A DNA stretch of 62,545 nucleotides, counting the filler, from Choristocarpus tenellus KU-1152 (Eukaryota > Protista > Phaeophyceae): the NCBI GenBank assembly GCA_964200185.2. It is 12 parts of 12 records of this genome, joined end to end, with 100 filler letters (N's around TTAATTAATTAA, not from the genome) between each part and the next. Parts side by side here need not be neighbours in the genome. Positions count along the whole stretch, not along the records: positions 26,392 to 40,044 come from CAXNAD020001421.1; 11 more parts are not named here. One strand, given 5' to 3'. A program made the translations under genes and the position numbers. Positions 26,558 to 38,700 of this stretch are shown here, piece by piece (the first letter of the stretch is position 1; every line of letters begins with the position of its first letter). The notes beneath the pieces are model-generated. The model was not told the origin of the DNA, searched no databases, and saw nothing but the letters and a program-made list of their open reading frames with translations.

Positions 26558-27600
26558 TACCTGCAAGCATAACTCGCCCTCAAACCAGCGCCTTGGAGTC
26601 AACGATACGATTATTGAAATGTCTCCACCTGTATAGTTCCAGTTAGCTCAAGACCCACTACCCGGAACATGTTTTCCGTGGTAACTTTTTGCTACGTAAT
26701 ATATGGAAAACAAGGCGGATGTAGTCTAAAATTTCATAGGTGGAAGGTTGAGGGTTATCGCAATGCCACTCTGAAATATGCAAGCGTATTCCAGGGGGCA
26801 GGACTCCAAATATGTACTAGCCCAGGTATATAGGGATCCTGGTGCCCTATTGGATGTTCTTTTGAGTCTTTGTATCCATTTCGCTTGGACCTCACTGGTG
26901 GTGCTGGTATGGTCTTGTGCACTTGGCTTATTTTCTTTTTTGATTCAATTGAGAGGTGTTTCCTATTGAAAGGTAGTCAAGGCACCTCTGGTCGTGTTTC
27001 ACCTACTTGGCATTATACCTTTATCTCTGGTCAAGTAAAGCAGTGATTTTAACTTTTCGACTAATTGAATGATAGATAAGAGTGTTTATACGTGCTCAGC
27101 CCCAAACATACCAGACATGTAACTCAAGATGTAAGTAGCAATGTCATGTTCTTGCGTAGCCCTACTAAAGAGGTTGAACATTGTGCTACTCTCACATGAC
27201 CACCTAACCCTAACCCTAACCCTCAAACCCCCAAGTATCAATATTTTACTAAAGTTTATGCCATGCCAACCAGAGTAATTTGGGGAAGATAATAACTATT
27301 TCAGTAAGTATGCACTACATTGTATAAATGTAACTATTTGATTATTATAATGACAATCTATATAATATTTAGGCAGTAGGGAAGGTTGTAGGGTGGAGGT
27401 ATGGTAGCACCGAGTTGTCCTTAAATGATATACAGGTTGTTTCTACTGGTGTAAACATTGCAAATCGTACCATATCCCAGACCCTACATCACTTTTCATC
27501 CTTGAATGACAAAGTAACGTGGCTACTGCATGGCTACCTTCATGCCTGAACACTTCCCTTCTCCTCTCTCCCTCTCTTTCAAACAAAACTGGTGTACAAG

Positions 27601-29773
27601 TTCTCTTTATGGCTTTGCACTCCTGTACTTCACAGGATCTGACCACTTCAACCGTAGCATGCGCTGCTTTGCGAGACTCAGCGGTCTCACCCTGAGCGAC
27701 AGGGGTCTATCGCCTGTCAATCGAGTACAGGGGCAGAGAGTACACACGTTTAGGTCGTACAGGTGACAATACAAATATATATAAATGTAGTTCGAAATAT
27801 TTCGAAGGGCATTTTTCTGAGAGGATACCCCTGATTGGTCCACCCTATTTTCGTTTTTTTTTTCAAACGGTTGGATTCCTCTCCCAATATGTGCTGCATA
27901 ATATAGCACGACTTCATTCCATACTTCGTACCTGCCTGGGCCAATTATTTCGCAGCTTTGGTAGGAAAAGAACTGTATATATATATAATATATACTTATG
28001 ACTATGTGTAAGGATTGACTATTTTCATGATGTCACTTATCTTATTTGTTCGGTTTAAATCCAACCAGGATCTCGAAAACGCCGAGAGATACCATTTTTT
28101 TCTTCACCTCGTGTTGTGCAACTCAATGTCCTGATCACACCTTGACCCCCTAAGACATGGTGCTAAAATATTAGGGTACTGCAACGTGGACTGTGTATTA
28201 CCTACAGTACCACAGACCTCTACATACTGGACACCTTTAATGAATGGAAGGCGTACCGTGTTTTATGATGCTGAACACACATGGTATGACCTTGGAATTC
28301 TCAATATACAAAACTTGATGAAGGATCACTGCATCTTGTTAAAATCAGTGCGGGCTAATGCGTTTTGAAGGTGGTTAAGTGTGGTGTATACTCTATCCTT
28401 TTTTGCGATTAACGGGACAATGAAAAAAATCCGTTCAAGGTCGGCATTTCGGCGAACCCTAGCCCTAACCCATCAGAATTGATGTTGTTGTGTCAGAAAA
28501 TCAAATTGGTAGAATTTAAGGGAAGCACGTCAACAAAGTGGGATGAGTCGACACTACTGGACACGAGTGCTGTAAAGGTCACTAACAGATGAACTAGTGT
28601 TGGATTCCAATCCAGTAATCGAGGAGTTTGTGATCGTATGAGCCATTGTCCAAGATTGGCCTCTATCAACAGCAAACATTTCACCAAGGGTATAGGTAGT
28701 TTTTGTTAGGGTTCATCAGTTACTGGTGGTGGTTTATTGTGCAAGCACAGAAAATAGCCCATCTAAGATTCTGCATGAGATCTCACTTTCACTTCCAGGG
28801 TGAGTATATTCCAGTATGATGCGTAACATAGATGATAGGAGCCTTGTACTGCGAGGAAGAACACAACCAAAACTCTTTATCATGGTGAATAGATGTATTA
28901 ATGAGATTTGATGACCAGGAATGGTTCTGAAGGACCAGTGGAGAATAGTGCGGAGATGGCCCATGTTATACGCCGGGTAACATTCCACCATCTGATGTTT
29001 TGAAGACATGATAATTCTCCGGAGTATGTAGAAGTACCACATTTTTGTAAACTAGTGCCTCGGAAATTCCTTAGTGGAACAGTGTTATCTTGAAAATCTC
29101 AGCAGTACCTCCCACACAGATGAGCCTCTTCTTGGTGTAGTGCTTCAACAATGTTTTGCAACAAGTCTGATCTCAAGTGATTATGTCACAAAAAGGTTAG
29201 GAGAGGGGCAGACACTGCCCATTCATGGTTCTCTTGCCATGACTGGATGGGAATGCAGGGGCAAGAAAAGTTGGTGTAGGGTGTGATTCAGACCCAGAGC
29301 ATTTAAAAGGGTAGGGCAGTGTCCGTTTGTGGTCATAAGTCCAATCTTGCAATGAATTTTGGCTATCGTCTTTGTTAGCAAGCATCAATATCCTTGCTGC
29401 AGGTGGCTGTTGGCAAGGTTTTTCCCTTTTGACCTTTCCAGATTACCCCGTTCTCTCCTCCTCCCCCTGTTGCCAAGCTTTTTGAGTCGCTGATTGTAGT
29501 GTAGGCATGATAGAGTTGGTCTAGGATTAATACTTCCATCAATAGCGGTGTTCAAGAAGTATTTCAACATCATTGTACCTATTTCTTGGCTAAACAGGCA
29601 CTTTCTTCTTGGTATACCCCTTGCTCGTCACATGTTACGGCTAGACCCAATATTCACCCTCCTGTCCTCCCACCATCAACCAATTCTCGACTTCGAGCAG
29701 CTGCCCTACAGAAATGGATGTCTTCAAGGCCCTTGGGCTTCAGTATGTGTCCCCAGAAGAGAGGAGTGTTTAA
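27601..29773 (+). CDS. POLL: X-family DNA polymerase (Pol lambda-like), last two exons (palm end and thumb)
   Basis: Exon 27601-27762 (AG/GT, phase 2): SLYGFALLYFTGSDHFNRSMRCFARLSGLTLSDRGL. Exon 29701-29773: (S)CPTEMDVFKALGLQYVSPEERSV*. These match the Pol lambda/beta motifs LLYFTGSxxFNRxMR and TExDVFxxLGLxYxxPxER, and the phases join correctly. Confidence 0.85.
28500..29240 (-). mobile_element. Possible highly decayed Gypsy integrase region inside the Pol X intron
   Basis: Segment CVLPRSTRLLSS...YTHPG resembles the Gypsy integrase zinc-binding LCxP...HxxxGHPG; heavily disrupted. Confidence 0.3.
29290..29397 (+). mobile_element. MITE family A, truncated old copy (left part)
   Basis: AAGGGTAGGGCAGTGTCCGTTTG...AATTTTGGCTATCGTCTTTGTTAGCAAGCATCAATATCCTTG aligns to the family A left half. 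Confidence 0.7.
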
Positions 29774-31725
29774 AATTTCGGTTCTCTTCTGGGGACTTTT
29801 GTGTGAAGGTGCCTATAACCAGTAATTAGGTGATTCTGGTATTTAGTGCAGACATGTGTGTTCATATAGTGGATGATGTCTTGTGTGCTGTTTCTATTAT
29901 ATCTTACCGAGTTCAGCATCCGTAACATATATTAGTATCTTCTTTCTTGGGCAAGCTTATCGAAGTATGGCATGGGCAGAAGGGAATGGGTACTGCGACA
30001 TCAATTTGTTTCAACGTGGACAGGCGGTGAGAGAGGGCCTTTTCATACTTTGCCATGTCAAGTGCAGATAGATGCTTGCTAACATGTGAATTGTCTCAGA
30101 CATGATTTCTATGAGCGTTGGGAGCCAAGCAAAAGCACCCTCTGTTTTCCAGGAGTAGAGTGCAGGGAATCCAATTCTACATTCCATGTTCGTCAACAAC
30201 AAGGGATAACTTCATTGCCCAAGCCCTACAGAAGAAGATAGGTGTACGTAGCTATATATTGGAGAAGGTGGAATATACTGATGAACTGAGATGTAGTATT
30301 AGAGAAGAATTGCTCTCTTGAGGGACACGAATATGATAATTGTTATTTTCTGTTTACAACATACTCATGCGCATTCTAGATCAAATTATATTTCGAGAAA
30401 TGATTGTACTATTGATGCTTCTATATCTTACTTCTCAGGCAACATTAATGGTTCTAATGATCAACTCATCTCCCATTTTGCAGCACCCCCGCTTGATGTT
30501 CATCTCAAGCTTTTGTACAATTTCGAAATGTCTACAAACCAACACTCCAGGCTACAACACAATGATCGGAACTACAACCTGTGCTTCAATCTTGTGTTTG
30601 AGTGAGTTGTTTACTAAGGAATAAAACTTCCTGTGGGGACTCTTCTTACCTCTGATCGAATCCATATAGATGGAGTACTGTATAATTGGATATAGATATG
30701 ACAAGGTCGGAAGGACAACAAGTAGATTTAAATGTATGGTGTACTGCACTAGTAGTAATGCATCTCTTCATACATACATATATATACAGCACATACATAC
30801 CATAGACTTGGACAGAGTCGTCAGTAGGAAGTGCTGACCAATTTGTTTATCCAAGTTAATCAAAAGGCAGTAGCCAAAACAATAGTTCTTTTGGATACAG
30901 GGAACAAAACACACTATGGTAGATTAGAATTTTTAGACAGTGTTCCCTTCCATTATAGGCTCCGCATCATCAGGGGGATGCCAGCACACTTTTTCTTGGG
31001 AAAGGAAATGGTTGGGTTTGTGCTTCTTTCTTGATTACTATGAAATGGTCTAGTACTCCTTACCCTACCGTGTGGTCTTGAGAAGGTATGGCAGATTATG
31101 TGGGTATACATGTTCTGCAGAAGTGATGATACAATCTAGGAGTATGAGGCATGAAAACAACATCAACACATGATATCAACACAAGATAGTGCATCTTCAA
31201 TTTCTGCATTGAATCAACAGAATGCATTCACCCTGCAACCTCCCCAACCCCCATAATTATTTTCACTACTACAATTACCCTTACTACCAGTATAACATAC
31301 CTTGTCATTATTTCACCATGTACTCTGTGCTCCTGAGAAAAGCGAGCTCCTAATAGATCTGGAAAAAACCCATCAACACATATCAAAATTTCAACTACTC
31401 TAACTCAGTTGCTTCAAAATGAGATGAGCTTTTTTCCCACACTAACGGCAAAATGACCACCCTACAATGGCCAAGCGGTATGAGCCTCATTCCCCAACAA
31501 TGACCTCTGTAAACGGACAAAATACATGCAAGTTTTTTTCTGCAAAGAGTCATCCCAAGTCATTGCTGTAGGATCTATCAATGTACTGAACATCAAGCTT
31601 AGTAATAAACCAATACCAGGACCATCACCACTACCATCATATTCTGCAGGAACACAACATGATTACAACACAACAATGAAAAAAAATAAACCTAACCCTA
31701 CGGCGTTAGACCCTAACCCTAATCA

Positions 31726-32722
31726 TTATGACCACACATCCAGAACATAGCGTTTTCGTTCTTTCATGTCCTTCAATATTAACTCAGACTCCTCAGGAGA
31801 AAGGCTACGGTGGTTAGAGAGAATCTCCACTAGAGACTGGTGCACCCCCTGTGCCATGGCATTACCATCCCCACAGACATAAATGTATGCACCTCTATCC
31901 AGCATGAGACTGCAGAGGTCTTTTCCTTGATCACGAATCCGGTCCTGGAATGGGGACAGAGTCAGTGGATTAGAAAAAACTGATACAGATGGTAGTAATA
32001 CTGCAGGAATAATAAATAGTATAGTCTCTATGCTATCTATTATTAAAAAAAATAGTGTCAGGAGTCCTGAACCTGTGGTAGAAAGGCAGTTAGAGGAGAA
32101 TCAGTGGTATGGATGTGAAATAATTGACAGTAATCTACTACATGTACTACATGAGAAGGTTAGGGTTAGGGTTAGGGTTAGAAATAGAACACGTACGGAT
32201 TGAGAACCTACAATACAAAGCTATTTGGGATAGCTCCAAGATAAAATTAAAATTGCGGTGGATGGGAGGTGTTAGAACAAAATTCACCCCTCATTGAATC
32301 AATGTGATGCCGAGGACTTCCATCTGTGTGAAAGATATTTGATCTTTCTGGTGGATGACCCCCAACCTATAGACCTTGGTGCAACACATGGTGCTGATTG
32401 TGAGACAAGGTGATGTGATGGTTGCATGAGGACTATTAAAATTCGTCTATGAGATCGCAACCTACCCTCTATTGATGGTCTACACTTGTACACATCTTTC
32501 AATCCTGTACCAGGACCAACTACAGGTTCAAAGCAGTACCACCATTGGTACCTTACCCTAACCCTAACCCCAACCCTAGAGTACTATATATAGTTTGAAC
32601 ATGCCTACCCCTGCCTAAAAACTAGACGTATCACTCTTCTGATTGAATATCGATTGGAGAGAACAAATAGCAACAAATGAACAGACCTTAGATTTGAATC
32701 CACAACACACACACACACACAC

Positions 32723-32760
<38 letters not shown>

Positions 32761-35700
32761 AGGGAGAGACAATAAGTATTTAAAAGCAGTCGAGTGTCAG
32801 CTATTCAATCACCTTCACTACACCTTCACTACACCTTCACTACACCTTCAATCAACACACCTGGACGTACACCTTCACTGGCTTGTCTCGAGAGAAGGCT
32901 GTATTCAGTTTCGAGAGAACGCCTCTTTCCATGAACCCTTCCATCTCAGACTGAAAGATCCAATCAGATTCACTACTGCGACAACCAAAAAACAGAACAA
33001 TTTCTCCCCTGCCTTCGCTGTGCATGTACGATGATGCCTGGTGGAAAAAAAAAGAGAAAATTCGAAAAATGTCAGTGCCGGTCACTCCATTGGTTTGAAC
33101 CAAGTGAATAGAGTGAATAGGAGAAAGAGTTAAATCAGTCCAATGCTCACTCTGACTGACATGCTGCAGGATAACATACAAGCAAATCAATAAATCAGGG
33201 ATTCAAAAAGGTCTTTCCTAACCCTAACCCTTTCCTACCATAGCGGTCAAAAGTCGTCTAGGTGACAGGACAGCAGGACTGTCACAGAAGCCCTTTAGAG
33301 GTATACTGGGTTAGGGTTAGGGTATACCTAATACTGTCACAACATCACATCAATCCACTGCTGACCCCCCCATACATTTAATGCCAACCATTTCTGATTT
33401 CCCTGTCAAAATTGGCACTGTGGTGCAAATTCCAACTAACCCTAACCCTAACCCTACCTTCAAAACATTAACTATCAGGTATTATCAAAACCTAATATTA
33501 TGTACTGAGAGAGGCAAAATTAGATCCCATCCATGCACACACCACATCCTCTTCGCCTTCCAGGTGAATCTCATAGCCCCCCCGCCAGTACCCGGAACAG
33601 ACTGCATCCTTGACCTCTTTTCGCCTAATCATCTGTTGCTCTCTATGGTGTAGAAACCCAATAAATGGGGACACACTTTTCAACAAACACCAAGCAACAG
33701 CAAGAAAAGGTACAGTGGGGGAAAAAAAAAGATGTAAGTGAAAATATGTAACAAACAATGATGTCAAAAGTACACATTTCTTGGAATCCAAAATAAAGTA
33801 TGAGACATGTTCTAGTGTCAAGGATGGGAATATTGAAGTATGGAGGAATTTGTGACATGTTAGTCCATACGTGTAAACTGTACTCAAAAGGTAAGGGAGA
33901 ACCTGTTATCAATCCTAACCCTATCTCAATCTTACCTGAAGAAATACCTATTAGGGTGAAGAGCATTACAATCAAAACACAGATAGGAGCAGCAGAAATT
34001 TCCAAGAGAAAGAGAAATTTCCAAGAGAGAGAAATGAATCATTTCTAACTAATCCAGCCAAAGGATAGGAAGAGTCAAGCATAGAGTCAGAGGGAGGGGG
34101 AGGGGGGAGGAGTAACATAGTAGAAGGAAATCAGAGTCAGTCAAACCAGCAATAAAATTTCTGAACCCTTTGAGAGGAAGCAAGAAGCAGCCAAGGTATG
34201 CCCATTCAGAAATGGGTCTCACACAAATATCAACCCTAACCCTAACACAAAGATCACCCTTAAACCTAACCCTAACCCTATATGATGGGAGCTGAATAGG
34301 TACTATTGACTTCTGTGTGACAAGAAGAAACATGACCATGGTACAAGTTCATGGGATGAAGTACAAAAGACAAGTACTAACAATAGTGGAAATTTCAAAA
34401 GGTAAAATTGCAACAGTACCTAATCAGAATCACCCTAACCCTAACCCTAACCCTAACCCTAACCAGAATCGCAAGGTACTAGTACTATCATTACCAGGAG
34501 CAAAAACGCCTCAAGAGCCCACCCAACGCCAGATCCATCACAATCCCAACAGTCCCCCCAAACCCTCACAAACGAGATTCATTTGGTTTGACTCTCCCAA
34601 CCAAGATCACAAGTCACCTCAAAAACTGTAAGGTGTCCATTTCTTAGAACTAACAGCACTCACCCTGTACCTGGCCCGATCAGGACACAAGGCCACTTGG
34701 CGCTTGCAGGAAGAAGGAACTCCTTTGTCGGTTTCATAAACAGTGGCACCAACACACCACTCTTTGAAGCACCTAATGAACCATTATGCAGTACGCCTCC
34801 CTCTGCCTCATCAAGGAACTCCCCCAATATTCCCTCCAGCCAGTGGGTGCACAATCCAGGTCGAACAACAATGCCACTGGAGTTGTCATTCAAACCCTTT
34901 GCCACTCCACTCACACCCTGACTGTGTTTGTTGGATGTGTTGAGATGATGAGTTACCACACTGAAGGCAATGGCAAGATGGTCCACTGTTTTAAGCTGGG
35001 AGGATGCCACAGAGTAGTACCGTGGGGGGAGGGGGGGGAGAAGGGCCAGGAGGGCGCCTGCTCTTGGCTTGCAGGAAGGAAATGCTTCTAGTAGCTCCGG
35101 AAGGGACAATGCCTGCGAGGTTACAAAGCCTTCATAAAACTTCTCTGAAGTAAACACGACAAATGGGGCAAGGGATCCTTAGGAGATAGGTTGAACAACA
35201 AAGAGAGAGAGAGAGGGAACCGAACCTTGTTTCATCTCGTTGCTCATGTGTGGATCAATCAGTACAGGGTACACTCATTGACATTTCTACTATGGCTTTA
35301 GATCAATCTAGAACTATGAGGTATTAAACTCTCTTTATCAACAACAGGACACACGGTATTCATAGGGTTAGGGTTAGCATTCATAGGTGACTCTAGAGAC
35401 AGAGGACTACAAATAGTATGAGCTGTACTCAAGTTCTACATGTACCACATACTCCAAACGACTACAAATAGCATGAGCACATAACTTCCACAGGATGCAT
35501 AGCGTGTGTGTGGATTGAAGACAAAAAAGAACGCATAAAAGCACTAAAAGGCACCAAAAGGTGGGTGTAGGGTTAGGGTTATCAAAAGGTGGGTGTAGGC
35601 ATCAAAAGGTTGTAGGCACACATATTTTGGAACACACACACCACTGTCAAGGGTGGACACTTTCACACTTTCACCTGAGAAGCAAAGGAAATCATTCCCC

Positions 35701-38700
35701 TTTGAGTAGCCGCCTTAAACACAATAAAAAACAAAGACAATCATTGCAGTTTTGGGCTCTTTAGGTACAGCAGACTGAAAAAAAGTAAAAAATTATGTTC
35801 TCCTACTACTCCTACTACTCCTACTCTCTACTGGGTACATTTTATTTCGTTCTCACATACTACAACATACAACAATCTGGAGATACAACATGGATAACCC
35901 TAACCCTAACCCTAACCCCAAAACCTAGACTTGAAAAATAAACATGTATCATTTTTAAAGGGCGTATCGCTCATAAATAATTAAATAACTGGGTGCACAT
36001 GAGTATCACAACGAAACTCTAACCCTAACCCTAAGTACTACCACATATGACTACCCAGCAATGAAAAAAAATTAAGATACACTCAATTCGCGTCATTTAG
36101 GGTTAGGGTTAGTATCGCAAGTGGCATATAACCCTAACCCTATTAAGCTTCTTCAACAAGGTGCATTCAAATGCTTCAAAAATTAGCAAGCCTTCAACAT
36201 ACGCCTGTCTATCACTACACACTCCCTCACCTCCAGCCTTCTTTGAAGACAATAGTTTCATCAGTCTCTTCTCATTCTCATCCGTACACGCCTCCGCCAA
36301 GGTCCTCAAAACAGGCCGTCGGAGGGGTGTCTGCAGGTCTAACCTTGTAGACAGGGCCCCCCTCAGAGTACAGGGGGAGGGGAGGGATCGGATAGAGTGC
36401 ACAAAGAGGCTATCTGGACCATCACCAGCAGGAAGGTTTTCCTGACACAAAGTAAGAGAGAGGGTCAGTGTTAGTGTTAGTGTTATTGTTAGTTCGTTTC
36501 ATAGGAGGAGGGGGTGGAGAACGAAGGGGGCAGGGGGTTACTTAGGGTTAGGGTTAGGGTGTTTTCATGTGAAGATCAACAGATGTATATATATATACAT
36601 ACAATATATATATATACATTTCCCAATAGAATGACCTCTATGTCTGATAGACCTTGGATACATTCGTCTTGCAACCTGTCCATATTATTATTATTATTAT
36701 CACCAATACTGTAGAGAGTTGCTGCCTTTTTGGGAGTTACATATAACACTAAAAATATTACACTAGTATATAATAGGCTATATTAACTGCAAAATACCAA
36801 CAGTACACTACCTATTTCAAACACCACTACAACACCACACTTTAAATCTCATTCATTGCCTTGGAAAGGGTTGTCATCATTAATGCCCACGAGACTAGAG
36901 AATTGGTGATAATTATAATATTTAACAATATCTGAGAGTGCAACACCTCTTGGTCTAAGTGTTTATTATTGTATCTTAGAATAATAAAATTCGCTAACCC
37001 TAACCCTATCTAATCTTTGCAAAATACGTTGTCAATCTAATAGCCAGGATTTACCAGTGCACTTAATCATGATTCAAAACCTAACCCTAACCCTAACCCT
37101 AACCCTAACCCTTAACCATCACACAATTTTCGACTCATTTCCTCCCAAGTCAGGTTGACCAGTCAAAAAGGGTTAGGGTTATTGCTTGAGCAAACAGCAC
37201 TGTTCAGTTACACTAACCCTAACCCTAATACTATTTTACAACATCAATAATATGTGCTTATGTGTGATCAACACTGTCTGAAAAGTTTAACCCTAACCCT
37301 AACCCTAACTCTACCTAACCCTAAATCAGTCCTATCTTCTCGCTTAAAGGGTGAAGCCCTAACTTGAGTTGTGTACCTACTAAAGCAATGAAATCACCAA
37401 GTCCTTTTTAGCTCCAACCCTAACACCTACCCAGTACTGCACCTACAGTACCTTTGGGTTAGGGTTAGGGTTGGGGCTAGCACAAAGCTTCACAACACCC
37501 CTACGAGTGTGTGATATATTGTATATTATAGTATATTTAGATACCATGGACACATTGTGCTATTGAACTAGCTGGGTTAGGGTTAGGGATAGGTTTATCT
37601 CAGCATGTCAGCAAGTATGATCAAATCAAATCAAATCTCAGCATATCAGCAAGTATGATCAAATCAAATCAAATCAAATCAAGTCAGCAAGTATGATCAA
37701 ATCAAATCAAATCAAATCAAATCAAGTCAGTAAGTATGATCAAATCAAATCAAATTTCACCTGTAACCGATTCAGTACATAGTCCACTTCCTCTTTCCGG
37801 TTAGGGCACTTTATGCCAATCACATCTCCTGGTTCATAGGAAAGACCAGAACCTCGAAGGCATAGCTCCATAAGGATCACCCTACAACAAATACATTTAA
37901 CAACATAAGGATCACCCTACAATAAATACATTTAACAACACAAGGATCACCCTACAATAAATACATTTAACAACATAAAGATCAATAGAACCAACTAGAG
38001 TGAGGAGTCAAAGCTTGATTGAAGTTGATTGAAGAGAGTGAAAAGTGCAAAGAGCAATTTCCATTTAACTAACTTCTATACCCACATAGACTGCTCTAAC
38101 CCTAACCCTAACCCTAACCCTAAAATCCAAGCGCATGGCACAAAAAAAATAAATTGCAAGAGATCAGCAAGTCGTACACACCAATGAGATCTCCTTCTGT
38201 GGGAGGTTACCTATTACTACCTGTATCACCTCAGAGAGCTGTGGTGGACGGATTTTGAAATAAAAAGTCCATGAATCTCACATTTCAGAAGGAATCCAAA
38301 AGGCAGCATCCAACGCACTCAATCCTCCTGGAGAGGAAGATATCTTAATACAAACAATACTTGTAACAACATGGGTAGACTCACCAAAGATGATATCCAA
38401 ACGAGTATGATGTGAGAATTTTCTCCACATATTCCAAATGGTATTAAGAAAAAATATATTACTAGAATATTTTGAAGCAATAGTTAAATGTAAGATATTC
38501 CTTGCAAAAAAAATCCCCCCGCAATTCAAATCACAGCATATATTATCCAACCAACTACCAATTGTTCCAGCTTTACCTCCTTAAAGCAACAACAGGATCT
38601 CAAGAGATGACCTCCCTAAGGAACCAATAACGGTACATCACATATCCTGAACCACAACATCACATGTACATCACATAACATCAGTAATCCATGTAGTGAT

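Noticed and set aside
37597-37984. CRISPR-like repeat/spacer pattern
   Set aside because: Intervening sequence is itself repeated (TCAAA runs, identical 35-mers); these are intronic minisatellites.
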